Shown one piece after another: positions 37,316-47,651 of a stretch of DNA of 64,000 nt. This stretch comes from Dehalococcoidia bacterium (GTDB lineage Bacteria; Chloroflexota; Dehalococcoidia; Lucifugimonadales; VXLM01): positions 3,070,507 through 3,134,506 of the forward strand of contig OY759598.1 of NCBI GenBank assembly GCA_963662435.1, given 5' to 3'. The position numbers and the translations under genes are program-made. Numbering within the stretch: position 1 is the first letter of the stretch; each line of letters begins with the position of its first letter. The notes under the pieces are model-generated. The model was not told where the DNA came from. It did no database searches and was given only the letters and a program-made list of their open reading frames with translations.

Positions 37316-37585
37316 TAAGTTGTGTAGATATGCTGTCATTCTGAACGTAGCGTAGCGGAGTGAAGATTCTAAATTCGTCGCGCAGGCACAGATTTCAGGT
37401 TCCGAGCGAAGCAAGGAATGACAATGAAGAGCGGAATAAACGGAAATGTCAGCACTACCTAAAACCGTTTCAAACTGAATATGATGCACTGGCGGGTGCC
37501 GCTTTATCCCCTCTCCCGTCGTGGGAGAGGGCTAGGGTGAGGGTGAATCGTAATATCAAAACCATGTTGACATGGTACTAACAAC

Positions 37586-38632
37586 GTGAAACACCCCTGG
37601 GTCAACATACTTATCCTCGTCTTCGTGACCGTCGAGTTCATCAGCGGTTTCTGGGGACTCGTCTCCGGCTCGCGCGATGAGGCCGTCTTCATCATCATCC
37701 ACCGGATAACGGGGTACGGCTTGGTCGTTCTCCTCGTTTGGAAGGTGGCCGTCATCCTGTTCGCCCTCCGCAACCGGAAGCGCGGTCGCATGGAACGCAC
37801 ATGGTCCCTCGTCCTATTTGCCCTGTTGATCGTGACCCTTGCCCTCGGATTCACTTGGTCCGCCGCCGGGCCGTACTACTATAGGCCCCCCTCCGGAATC
37901 TCTTGGAGCGGCGTAAGCTGGCACATCTACATCAGTGTCCTGCTGATTCCCCTCGTCGCCTACCACGCCATCACCTACATAAAGTCGTTCCCGCTGCCCC
38001 TGACGTTCTGGGTCGAGCGCCGGTCGCTCCTGCGTTTCGCGGGCGTAGCCCTGGCCGGACTGCTCTTCTGGCAGACGGGGGAACAGATCGTGCGCGCTGC
38101 CGGACTGAGCGGCAAGGGACGCCGTTTCACTGGCTCGTACGAAAACACGAGAATCGACGGGGCATTCCCCGTAGTCTCGTGGCTCAACGACACTCCCCCT
38201 CAGACGGATATCGACTCGTGGAGGCTCACGGTCCGTGGAATGGTCAAGCGCGGCCTGTCACTCGGCTATTCCGACCTCACCTCGCCTCACGAAATGACGG
38301 AGACCATCGACTGCACGGGAGGATGGTACTCGGAGCAGGTATGGAAGGGCGTTCCTCTCGCCCGCCTGCTGGACGACGCCGAGCTCCTTCCCGGCGCCCG
38401 CAGCGTCAAGGTCACGTCCGCAACCGGCTACTATCGACGCTTCACCATCGCCGAGGCCCGCGAATACCTCCTCGCCACCCACGTCGGCGACGGGCTCCTA
38501 TCTCGCGGGCACGGATACCCCCTCCGGCTCGTTGCCAGTGGAAAGCGCGGCTTCGAGTGGGTCAAATGGGTAACGGACATCGAGATTGACAACCGCCCCA
38601 AGTGGCTCCAACCTCCCCTCCCAACACAATAA
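37586..38632 (+). CDS. Membrane-bound molybdopterin oxidoreductase (sulfite oxidase/MsrP-like)
   Basis: N-terminal TM helices with His residues; DCTGGW Mo-ligand Cys, HGYPLRLV, WVKWV. Confidence 0.85.
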   Translation: MKHPWVNILILVFVTVEFISGFWGLVSGSRDEAVFIIIHRITGYGLVVLLVWKVAVILFALRNRKRGRMERTWSLVLFALLIVTLALGFTWSAAGPYYYRPPSGISWSGVSWHIYISVLLIPLVAYHAITYIKSFPLPLTFWVERRSLLRFAGVALAGLLFWQTGEQIVRAAGLSGKGRRFTGSYENTRIDGAFPVVSWLNDTPPQTDIDSWRLTVRGMVKRGLSLGYSDLTSPHEMTETIDCTGGWYSEQVWKGVPLARLLDDAELLPGARSVKVTSATGYYRRFTIAEAREYLLATHVGDGLLSRGHGYPLRLVASGKRGFEWVKWVTDIEIDNRPKWLQPPLPTQ

Positions 38633-39095
38633 GCGGGTCTGCCAACGGTTTCGCCCTGCGGCTCATCATCACACGCCCCGATTCGTCATTCCTCCAAAAG
38701 TAACCCCCGTCCAACCTCCCGTAGGGGCGATTCGCGAATCGCCCCCGCTGTGGTAGGGGCAACCCTATTGAACTATTCCGAACCCTGGGCACACCCCCAC
38801 CTGTCATTCCGAACGCAGCGCAGCGGAGTGAGGAATCTAAGGTCCTTGCACTGTGGAGAGGATCCCAGCGTAAAGCACCGCGCCAAGATACCTTCCCACG
38901 GTCGCAATGGCACGATGGGACAACAGTCTCATAGGATGCGGCAAGAAACCAGTTCACCCTGAGCCTGTCGAAGGGCCCACCGCGAAAGGTCACATTCAAC
39001 TCCCTCCAAAACGCCTTTGCGTCCCAATTTCGCACACCCCCACACCGCCGTGATATATTACTTTGCAGATTTTCAAGGAAACGAGGCAGGCGCGG

Positions 39096-40775
39096 ATGTA
39101 TGAACATGACGTGCTGGTGATTGGAGCGGGTCTGGCGGGAATGCGGGCCGCCTACACTGCCAGCCAGAATGGCGTGGACGTTGCGGTCATCTCCAAGGTG
39201 TACCCCGTGCGAAGCCACTCCAACGCCGCTCAGGGCGGCATCAACGCCGCACTCGGCGACCGCGGCGACAACTGGGAGGATCACGCCTACGACACCGTCA
39301 AGGGCAGCGACTTCTTGGGCGACCAGGACGCCATTGAGATAATGTGTCGCGAGGCGGGCGAAGAGGTCATCTCCATGGAGAATATGGGGGTCATCTTCAA
39401 CCGCGACGACGAGGGTAGGCTGGGTGTCCGCTCGTTCGGAGGACAGCGACAGGCCAGGACGTTCTTCGTCGCCGACTTCACCGGACAGGCCCTCCTACAC
39501 GTTCTCCACGAGCAGATTCTGCGCCTCGGCGTCCGCGTCTACGAGGAGTGGTTCGTCCTCTCTCTCATCATGGAAGAGGGCGAATGCGCCGGTGCGGTCG
39601 TCATGGAGATGAAGACGGGAGACATCCACGTCATCCGAGCCAAGGCGGTCATCATTGCTGCCGGTGGCCTCGGTCGCGTCTTCGAGCCGAGCACCAACGC
39701 CCTCATCTGCACCGGCGACGGCATGGCATTGGCATACCAGGTCGGAGCGCCGCTCATGGACATGGAGATGGTGCAATACCATCCCACGACCCTCAAGTCG
39801 AACGGCGCGCTCATGTCGGAGGCCGCACGAGGCGAGGGTGCCTACCTCTTGAACTCCGAGGGCGACCGCTTCATGGAGCGGTACGCCCCCAACATGATGG
39901 AGCTTGCCTCGCGCGACGTGGTCTCGCGAGCCGAACAGACGGAAATCAACGAGGGCAGGGGAATCGACGGGTGCGTGCTCCTCGACGTCCGTCACCTCAG
40001 CGAGGCCCTCATCGACGAGAAACTGAGCCAGATCCGCCAGCTTGGAATCGACTTCGCCAACGCCGACATGGCTCACGAGCCTGTCCCCATACGTCCCGGA
40101 ATGCACTACCAGATGGGCGGCATCAAGACCGACGTCGATGGTCTTACAAACGTGCCAGGTCTCTACGCCGCGGGCGAGACCGCCTGCGTCAGCGTCCACG
40201 GCGGCAACCGCCTCGGCGCAAACTCCCTCCTCGATACCCTCGTCTTCGGTCGGCGCTCCGGGGAACACGCCACCGACTATGTCAGGTCCAAGAAGCACGC
40301 CAACGTCGACGACGGCGCTGCCGATGCCGACAAGGCTCAGATTCGAGATATTCTTGATCGCGACGGCGGAGGAGAGCTCTTCGGTGCGGTCAGACGGGAT
40401 CTTGGCGAGACGATGAACAGCCATCTGGCCGTCTTCCGTAATGACGAAGGTATGCGGACCGCATTCGACAAGCTAGGTGAGCTGCGGGCCCGGTATGAAA
40501 AGGTCGTCGTACACGACAAGGGCAGGGTATTCAACACCAACCTGATCTTCACTCTGGAGCTTGGCTTCATGCTCGACTGCGCGGAAGCAATCATCCTAGG
40601 CGCGCTGGAGCGAAAGGAAAGCCGCGGTGCGCACACCCGCACCGACATGCCCGACCGTGACGACAAGAACTGGCTCAAGCACATCCTGATCTCTCGCACC
40701 GAAGAAGGCGAGACCGCCGTTGACTACATTCCCGTGAAGATCACCCAGTGGGAACCGCAGATCCGAAGCTACTAG
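39096..40775 (+). CDS. sdhA: Succinate dehydrogenase/fumarate reductase flavoprotein
   Basis: [16 protein letters not shown] (covalent FAD His), [36 protein letters not shown]. Confidence 0.96.
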   Translation: MYEHDVLVIGAGLAGMRAAYTASQNGVDVAVISKVYPVRSHSNAAQGGINAALGDRGDNWEDHAYDTVKGSDFLGDQDAIEIMCREAGEEVISMENMGVIFNRDDEGRLGVRSFGGQRQARTFFVADFTGQALLHVLHEQILRLGVRVYEEWFVLSLIMEEGECAGAVVMEMKTGDIHVIRAKAVIIAAGGLGRVFEPSTNALICTGDGMALAYQVGAPLMDMEMVQYHPTTLKSNGALMSEAARGEGAYLLNSEGDRFMERYAPNMMELASRDVVSRAEQTEINEGRGIDGCVLLDVRHLSEALIDEKLSQIRQLGIDFANADMAHEPVPIRPGMHYQMGGIKTDVDGLTNVPGLYAAGETACVSVHGGNRLGANSLLDTLVFGRRSGEHATDYVRSKKHANVDDGAADADKAQIRDILDRDGGGELFGAVRRDLGETMNSHLAVFRNDEGMRTAFDKLGELRARYEKVVVHDKGRVFNTNLIFTLELGFMLDCAEAIILGALERKESRGAHTRTDMPDRDDKNWLKHILISRTEEGETAVDYIPVKITQWEPQIRSY

Positions 40776-40843
40776 CTCCACACGGCGAAACCACACCGGA
40801 ACCACACCTGGAACCACCCGCATAGGACACGAGGACAAGAAAC

Positions 40844-41809
40844 ATGGAAGTGACGCTGAGCGTCAAGAGATACGACCCCGAGTCGAATCGTCAGGGTCCC
40901 TACTACCAGGAATACGGCTTCGAGATCGACGAAAACGCCACCGTGCTCGACGGGCTCATCAAGGTGCGCGAGGAGATCGACGGCTCACTGGCCCTGCGAT
41001 GTTCCTGCCGGAGCGCCATCTGCGGCTCCTGCGCCATGCGCGTCAACGGCCAGGCCATGCTCGCGTGCAACACGAAGATCAACGACGTTCTGCCCTCGAA
41101 CGGCGGACCCGTCGTCGTCGAGCCCGCGGGCAACATGGGCCTCGTGAAGGACCTCGTTGTCGAGTTCGACATATTCTGGGACAAGGTCCGCGCCGTCGAG
41201 CCGTGGCTCAAGCCTGAAGGCCCCGAGCCTGAGGGCGAGTACCTCGCTCCAAACGAGGACATGCTCCACCTCGCGGGCGTCATGTCCTGCATCATGTGCG
41301 GCGCTTGCGTCTCCGACTGCACGGTGATGGAGGTTGACGACAATTTCCTCGGCCCCGCCGCACTTGCGAAGGCGTACCGCTTCGTCGCCGACCCCCGGGA
41401 CGACGCAGACAACGAGCGCCTCGGCGACCTCAATGAGTACGGCGGCGTTTGGGACTGCACCCGCTGCATGCAGTGCGTGGAGGTCTGCCCCAAGGGCGTC
41501 GCGCCGATGGACCGCATCATGGCAATGCGCGATCAGGCCATGGAGGCCGGTTACACCAACACCTACGGCGCGAGGCACGCCAAGGCCTTCACCGACTCCA
41601 TCGAGCACAGCGGCACGCTCGACGAGCTCCGGCTCCCCATCAAGACCTTCGGAATCTTCAACATCAAGGAGATGATCAAGCTCGCACCCGTCGGCATCAA
41701 AGCCCAGCTTGCCGGCAAGCGTCCGCCCATCATCCACAAGAAGACCCCCGGCGTCGAGAACGTCCGACGCATCTTCAAGAAATTCGAAAAAGTCGAGAAC
41801 GATCAATGA
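40844..41809 (+). CDS. sdhB: Succinate dehydrogenase iron-sulfur subunit (long form)
   Basis: CRSAICGSC, CIMCGACVSDC, CTRCMQCVEVCP; C-terminal extension. Confidence 0.94.
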   Translation: MEVTLSVKRYDPESNRQGPYYQEYGFEIDENATVLDGLIKVREEIDGSLALRCSCRSAICGSCAMRVNGQAMLACNTKINDVLPSNGGPVVVEPAGNMGLVKDLVVEFDIFWDKVRAVEPWLKPEGPEPEGEYLAPNEDMLHLAGVMSCIMCGACVSDCTVMEVDDNFLGPAALAKAYRFVADPRDDADNERLGDLNEYGGVWDCTRCMQCVEVCPKGVAPMDRIMAMRDQAMEAGYTNTYGARHAKAFTDSIEHSGTLDELRLPIKTFGIFNIKEMIKLAPVGIKAQLAGKRPPIIHKKTPGVENVRRIFKKFEKVENDQ

Positions 41810-42699
41810 AATACGCCTTCTATCCCGGGTGCGTGTCGCGCGGCGCGGCGCCCGAACTCTACGCTTCCACGATGGAGGTCGCCGGTCGGCTCGGCATCGA
41901 GCTCGACTACGAGCCGATGAAGACCGCCTCATGCACCGGCTCCGGCGTCCTGCAGGAGAAGAACCAGCGCCTCGGCGATACCCTCAACGCCAGGACGTTC
42001 GCCCTCGCCGAGCAGAGCGGACTGCCGCTGCTGGTCATCTGCAGCACCTGCCAGGGCGTCATGTCTCAGGCCAACAAGCGCCTCACGTCCGACTCCGACT
42101 ACCTCGCCTCCGTCAACGAGGACCTCGCCGAAGAAGGTCTCGAATACAAGGGCACCATCGAGCCGAAGCACCTCATGTGGGCGATCATCGAGGACGTGGG
42201 CCTCGACACGCTTAAGGCCGCCGTGAAGAGGCCGCTGACGGGATTCAAGATCGCCCCGTTCTACGGCTGCTACATCGTCAGGCCGTCGGCCGCCCTCGAC
42301 TTCGACGACAACCCAGAGCGCAAGGACTCGCTCGAACGCGTCATAGAGGCCGTCGGAGCGGAGGTCGTCGACTTCGACGGCAAGACCGCCTGCTGCGGCT
42401 TCCCCATTCTCACCATCAACCAGACCGCCTCACTCACCATGGTCGCCAACCACACCGGCGACGCCAAGCACAAGGGCGCGATGGCCATGGTCACCCCGTG
42501 CCCACTATGCCACCTCAACCTCGACGGCTACCAGCCCCAGGCCTCCAAGATTCGCAGGCAGGAGCCCATCGACCTGCCCATCATCCACTTCCCCCAGATG
42601 CTCGGCCTAGCCATGGGCATCGACCCCCAGGCCATGCGCCTCAACAAGCACATCGTCTCCACCACGAATCTCCTGTCGGAGCTGGCCCTCACCCCGTAG
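41806..42699 (+). CDS. CCG-domain (HdrB-like) anchor subunit of a type E succinate:quinone oxidoreductase
   Basis: MKYAFYPGC start overlapping the sdhB stop (ATGA); CSTC, FYGC, CCG, PCPLCH. Confidence 0.9.
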   Translation: MKYAFYPGCVSRGAAPELYASTMEVAGRLGIELDYEPMKTASCTGSGVLQEKNQRLGDTLNARTFALAEQSGLPLLVICSTCQGVMSQANKRLTSDSDYLASVNEDLAEEGLEYKGTIEPKHLMWAIIEDVGLDTLKAAVKRPLTGFKIAPFYGCYIVRPSAALDFDDNPERKDSLERVIEAVGAEVVDFDGKTACCGFPILTINQTASLTMVANHTGDAKHKGAMAMVTPCPLCHLNLDGYQPQASKIRRQEPIDLPIIHFPQMLGLAMGIDPQAMRLNKHIVSTTNLLSELALTP

Positions 42700-42888
42700 G
42701 TGCGAGGTTGAATCATTCGTGCGCTTCGACTGGCTCAGTACGAGAGGGGCCCCACACAGGAACGTTCGCCCTGAGCTTGTCGAAGGGGCGAACTGAGACA
42801 CTCCGCCTGTGTCCCAGAGAGCGATGATGGGGTTCTGGTGCATTTCCAGCGGAGGCCGGAATCCAGACGGGTGGGGCCTAACATAGCC

Positions 42889-43014
42889 CCACGCCTCGAC
42901 CAACCGGACTTGACAATAACACAACCAAATGCGACAAAATGCGACGCCATGCGACAAATTCAAGGGTTTTTCTCGCTACCGCAGCACCCAGCACCCGTCT
43001 TGACCGCCAAGAAC
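42889..43014 (+). repeat. Direct repeat copy 1 upstream of the RM gene, with three phased ATGCGAC
   Basis: Near-identical to 45951-46093; ATGCGAC at 42929, 42939 and 42949; TTGACA at 42910. Confidence 0.9.
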
Positions 43015-43063
43015 ACATGGTCTACCATAATTCTACGTCCTCAATATCCCTTCCCATAGCAAT

Positions 43064-45898
43064 TTGACCTCCGTACACAAAAGCACTGAAACCGTCCGCG
43101 AAGAGGCCGCCAACGTTCTGTTGGCCCAGTTGCTCCGTGACCAGGGCTTGGAGGCACGAGCCGAGATTCGCAGCAAGCAAGGTACACCCGATGTCCGCGT
43201 CAAGCTGGGAAGCGGAGACCTCGTTATCTTGGAAGGCAAGTGGGAGGCGTCGTCGGGCCTGCTGGAAGGCCAACTCGATGACCGCCTACAAGACTTCCCC
43301 GATGCGCTGGCAATTATCGGCCTTCTCTATCCCAACAGGCTTCGATATGAAGACGACTTGTTCGCCCACCTTGAAAAGGCCTCTGACCTTCAGTGGTGGA
43401 TCCACGGCTCTCACGGTGAGGTAAGGCCGGAACGCCCTACGAGGACCGGGTCGGTGACCGACCTGGTCGACCATCTTCGCGCTCTCCCTATAGACATAGA
43501 GGGAATGGACCTTGTCGATGCCGCAGCAAGGGCGGTCGGGTATGGTGTGGAACAGGCCGCGCATCGGATAGGTGGCCACGCCAGGGTATCCCGTCGAGTC
43601 TCCGACCTCATCGCTGAGTCCGATCAGGAGAAAGAACGCGCCGCCGCCCTCCGCATTGGCTGCCTTGTCCTATTCAACGCGCTAGCATTCCAGGACAGGC
43701 TCGCCGAGGTCAATGAGGACGTTCAAACGGCTCCTGAGGCGTGGGCGAAGGGCCTGTCTGGTCTTCGCGATTCCTGGCAGCATATCTGCGAAAACATCGA
43801 CTACGTACCCGTCTTCGAGCTTGCGGTCAACATCCTCGATGTGCTCAGTACCGGGAGGCCGGAAGTACAGGAACCGGTCATTGCCCCTCTGCTCAAGGCG
43901 GTGAACGACACTCGCCACCTCGAAGGGCACGACCTGTCGGGACGCCTCTTCCACACCCTGCTGACCGACGCCAAGTTCACGGGCGCCTACTACACCTCCG
44001 TGCCCGCCGCCACGATGCTCTCCCGGCTGGTGTTCCACAACTGGCCTCCCCACGTCGATTGGAAGGACCATGAGTTCCCCGCGTCACTAAACGTCGCAGA
44101 CATCGCCTGCGGCACGGGAACGCTGTTGATGGCCGTCGCTGCCGAGGCCGAACGACGGCACAAGCGCGCGGGCGGAAAGCAGGCCGCCGAGCTCCACAAG
44201 GCCATGGTCGAACAGGCACTGCACGGCTACGACGTCCAGCTCTCGGCGGTACACTTCGCCGCCACCAGCCTCGCGATGCTGAACCCCCACATCCAGTTCG
44301 ACAGCATGCACCTATCGGTGATGCCCCTGGGCGCCGAGGGCTCCAATGTGTCACTGGGATCGCTGGAATTCCTTGATAAGGATGAGACCCCGGTCCAATA
44401 CACGTTGCCCTCGGAGTATATGGGAGCCAGCGCAGTCGGCATTCAGGACGCTAGACGGGTAACGGGCACTGGTACCCGTGGAGCTAGGGAAGGTGTGACC
44501 GTTACGTTGCCCGATCTCGATCTTGCCATCATGAATCCCCCGTTCACTCGCTCAGTCGGCGGAAATCTGCTGTTCGGCGGCCTGCCCGCAACTGAGCGCC
44601 GCAAGCTGCAAAATGAGCTCTCCCGCCGCCTGAAGTCGAGGCAGGCATCCGCCACAGCCGGGCTCGGCGCCGCCTTCGTCGCCACCGCCGCCCCAAAGCT
44701 GCGTCCCGGCGAGGGACGCCTCGCCCTCGTACTCCCGCTCACCGTGTGTACTGGCCCTTCGTGGGAGCAGACGCGAGCGCTCATCGAGCGGGACTTCGTT
44801 CTCGACATGGTCATCGCGTCCCACGACCCGACTCGCTGGAATTTCTCCGATAGCACCGACCTCTCGGAGGCCCTCCTCATCGCCACGCGACGACCTCAAA
44901 ACGGCCCCGATACGGAGCACCGCACCACCTTCGTCAACCTCTGGCTGAATCCCGACGGCATAGTGGACGCTCACCGCATAGCCGAAATCGCCGCGACCAC
45001 CACTCCGGCGAATATCGAGGATACCGGCACGGCCTTGTTGGAGGTCGACGGGCGGCACGTAGGCGAGGTCGTCTCGATTCCCGAATCCAAGCTCACCGGC
45101 AGGAAGTGGTCGGGCGTGCAATTCGCCCGCGCCGACGTGACCCGCAGCGCCCTCAGGCTGCTCGACGACGGCGAGGTGTGGGTCCCCGGCGAAAGCGAGT
45201 CAGCGAGCATCCTCCTGTGCCGCCTTGATGACCTCGGTCAGATTGGTCCGGACGTTCGAGATGTTCGTGACGGATTTGAGCCCATTGATTCCGTTACGGC
45301 CTATCCGATGGTTGAGGGTCACAACACCGAGCAGAGGCGACGTCTCGTAGCCGAGCCTGACAAGTACCTCGCACCACTTTCACAACCTCGTCCGGGACGG
45401 AATCTTAAGCGCGTCGCCCAACTGTGGCCAAAGGCAGGGCAATTGCTCGTCGCAGAGCGTCTTCGATTGAATACGGCGAGAATTGCAGGAATGGTAGCTA
45501 GCAAGCCGGTTCTATCCAACGTGTGGTGGCCGACCAAAACCGATAATTCCAGTTGGGATAAGGCGATTGCTGTGTTCCTGAACAGCAGCCTTGGGTTACT
45601 TGCCCTGCTCGCTATTCGAAACACTACTCAAGGCAACTGGGTGAAATTGAAGAAAGCCGACCTCGAAGAGTTGCCGGTCCTCGACCCGCGCCGGCTCTCG
45701 CCCTCGCAGCTTCAGCGGCTCGCCGACCTGTTCGACTCGCTGTCCGAAGAGGAGTTCGAGCGCCTGCCCGGAATGGCCCACTGCCCCACGCGAAAACGCC
45801 TGGACGACGGCCTCTCCGAGATTCTCGGCCTCCCCGACCTCTCCACCCTCCGCGACCTGCTCGCCTCCGAGCCGGTCGTCTCGAACACGCGGCTATAG
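43064..45898 (+). CDS. Type IIG/IIC fused restriction endonuclease-N6-adenine methyltransferase
   Basis: N-terminal PD...EGK nuclease motif; GAYYTS, motif I DIACGTGTLL, motif IV MNPPF; C-terminal target-recognition region. Confidence 0.85.
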   Translation: MTSVHKSTETVREEAANVLLAQLLRDQGLEARAEIRSKQGTPDVRVKLGSGDLVILEGKWEASSGLLEGQLDDRLQDFPDALAIIGLLYPNRLRYEDDLFAHLEKASDLQWWIHGSHGEVRPERPTRTGSVTDLVDHLRALPIDIEGMDLVDAAARAVGYGVEQAAHRIGGHARVSRRVSDLIAESDQEKERAAALRIGCLVLFNALAFQDRLAEVNEDVQTAPEAWAKGLSGLRDSWQHICENIDYVPVFELAVNILDVLSTGRPEVQEPVIAPLLKAVNDTRHLEGHDLSGRLFHTLLTDAKFTGAYYTSVPAATMLSRLVFHNWPPHVDWKDHEFPASLNVADIACGTGTLLMAVAAEAERRHKRAGGKQAAELHKAMVEQALHGYDVQLSAVHFAATSLAMLNPHIQFDSMHLSVMPLGAEGSNVSLGSLEFLDKDETPVQYTLPSEYMGASAVGIQDARRVTGTGTRGAREGVTVTLPDLDLAIMNPPFTRSVGGNLLFGGLPATERRKLQNELSRRLKSRQASATAGLGAAFVATAAPKLRPGEGRLALVLPLTVCTGPSWEQTRALIERDFVLDMVIASHDPTRWNFSDSTDLSEALLIATRRPQNGPDTEHRTTFVNLWLNPDGIVDAHRIAEIAATTTPANIEDTGTALLEVDGRHVGEVVSIPESKLTGRKWSGVQFARADVTRSALRLLDDGEVWVPGESESASILLCRLDDLGQIGPDVRDVRDGFEPIDSVTAYPMVEGHNTEQRRRLVAEPDKYLAPLSQPRPGRNLKRVAQLWPKAGQLLVAERLRLNTARIAGMVASKPVLSNVWWPTKTDNSSWDKAIAVFLNSSLGLLALLAIRNTTQGNWVKLKKADLEELPVLDPRRLSPSQLQRLADLFDSLSEEEFERLPGMAHCPTRKRLDDGLSEILGLPDLSTLRDLLASEPVVSNTRL

Positions 45899-45950
45899 TG
45901 AGACCCCTGTCTCCCCCGCCGGGGGAGAGATGCAGAGAGGGGGTGCCTTT

Positions 45951-46093
45951 CCATGCCTCGACCAACAGAACTTGACAATAACACAACCAAATGCGACAAA
46001 ATGCGACGCCATGCGACAAAATCAAGGGTTTTTCTCGCCACCGCAGCGTCGCCGCACCCCCACCCTCCAGCACCCAGCTTGACCGCCAAGAAC
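45951..46093 (+). repeat. Direct repeat copy 2 downstream of the RM gene
   Basis: ATGCGAC at 45991, 46001 and 46011; same ends as copy 1, about 17 bp longer internally. Confidence 0.9.
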
Positions 46094-46176
46094 GTTCACC
46101 CTGAGCTTGTCGAAGGGCGAAGATCCCCCGGAGAAACATCAGGCGATAACGCTCGCCCTACTGCCACCCTCCGCCC

Positions 46177-46782
46177 CTAGAGCACATCCAGTTGCTGCAG
46201 CGGCCAGAACCTCACCCACGCACGCCCTATGAGGTTCTCTGCGGGTACTGGACCCCATGACCGCGAATCGTTGCTGGCGCCCCGGTTGTCTCCGAGTACG
46301 AACAGGGTGCCGGACTCGATATGCACGGGTGCCATCGTTGTGTTGTCTCTCTTGGTGATGTAGGGCTCCAGGAGCTGCAGACCGTTCACGTAGACGGTGC
46401 CGTTGACAATCTCCACCGTGTCCCCCGGCAGACCGATTACCCGCTTGACGAAGTCGCGGTCGGCGTCTCGCGGCGAGCGGAACACCACAACCTCGCCGCG
46501 CTTGGGCGACTGGAAGAGATACCCCTCGTTTTCGTCCTGTTCGGCTTCGTAGAAGGGAAGGACGCTGGCCACCCCTTGAGGGTCGAATCGCAGGTAGAAG
46601 AGCTTGTTTACGATGAGGTATTCGTCCTGCACAAGCGTCGGCTCCATGCTGGGGCCTTCGACGCGGTAGTTCTGAATACTCAGGTGGAGCGCCATGAAGA
46701 CGAGCAGCGCCAGGATGATCGTCTCGAAGGACTCTCGAAGGAGCACGCGGAGGGATGAGGCGAACCGGAGGAGGGATGACAT
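46177..46782 (-). CDS. lepB: Signal peptidase I
   Basis: One TM; GPSMEPTL (Ser), FVKRVIGLPGD (Lys), GDNR-SNDSR. Confidence 0.95.
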   Translation of the reverse strand: MSSLLRFASSLRVLLRESFETIILALLVFMALHLSIQNYRVEGPSMEPTLVQDEYLIVNKLFYLRFDPQGVASVLPFYEAEQDENEGYLFQSPKRGEVVVFRSPRDADRDFVKRVIGLPGDTVEIVNGTVYVNGLQLLEPYITKRDNTTMAPVHIESGTLFVLGDNRGASNDSRSWGPVPAENLIGRAWVRFWPLQQLDVL

Positions 46783-47009
46783 GTATAAGTGGTGTCCTCC
46801 GTTTATTGTACCAGACGACCGTGCGTGGACTCCCAGCAGAGAACGCCGAGATCACGGTGCGAACCGCTCGATTAACGCACTTGGAGGCCGGTGCAAAACT
46901 CCCACCTCTGTCATTACTCTGACAACAACCCTCGCCCAACCTCCCGTAGGGGCGATTCGCGAATCGCCCTCCCGGCTGATACGTGCCTGCCCCGTTGCGT
47001 TGGGATATC

Positions 47010-47651
47010 ATGAAATCAGAGGACTTCACCTGGCGACAACGTATGCAGCCTGACGAACCACAGCTCGTTGACCGGAGCCGGGATGGCGACCTCTCGGCGT
47101 TCAACGCAATCGTCGAGAGGTACCAGTCGCAGGTCTACAACGTGTCCGCCCGCATCCTCGGCGACCGCCACCTGGCCGAGGACGTTGCACAGGAGACGTT
47201 CATCAAGGCCCACCGGTCGCTGGGCGGCTTCCGTGGCGGGAGCCTCCGTGCATGGCTCCTGCGCATCGCCTCCAACCTAAGCCTCGACGCGACCCGATCG
47301 CGCAAGCGCCGACCCGCGGAGTCCCTCGAAGCCGCTAGCGAACGTCCCGGCTTCTACATTCCCTCCGACAGCCCTAGCCCGGAACAGGCCACCCTCCAGG
47401 GCGAGCTGCGCGACAAGATCCAGGACTGCATCATGTCCCTTCCAGACGATCAACGTGCCGTTCTCGTGCTGGTCGACGTGCAGGGCCTTTCCTACGATGA
47501 GGCCGCCGAGGCGATTGGAAGCGCCGTCGGCACCGTGAAATCGCGACTGGCGAGGGGAAGAAGGCGCTTGAGGGACGCCCTCATGGAACATCGGGAACTT
47601 TTGCCCACTCAATTTCGTCAGGTAGATAGTGGACGTGAAAGCCATGGCTAG
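47010..47651 (+). CDS. ECF-type RNA polymerase sigma factor
   Basis: AEDVAQETF, AWLLRIASN, LSYDEAAE-IG--VGTVKSRLAR; start at 47010 or 47043. Confidence 0.93.
   Translation: MKSEDFTWRQRMQPDEPQLVDRSRDGDLSAFNAIVERYQSQVYNVSARILGDRHLAEDVAQETFIKAHRSLGGFRGGSLRAWLLRIASNLSLDATRSRKRRPAESLEAASERPGFYIPSDSPSPEQATLQGELRDKIQDCIMSLPDDQRAVLVLVDVQGLSYDEAAEAIGSAVGTVKSRLARGRRRLRDALMEHRELLPTQFRQVDSGRESHG

Noticed and set aside
41449..41805. N-terminal extension of the CCG-domain ORF
   Set aside because: It overlaps sdhB out of frame; MKYAFYPGC at 41806 is the family-typical start.
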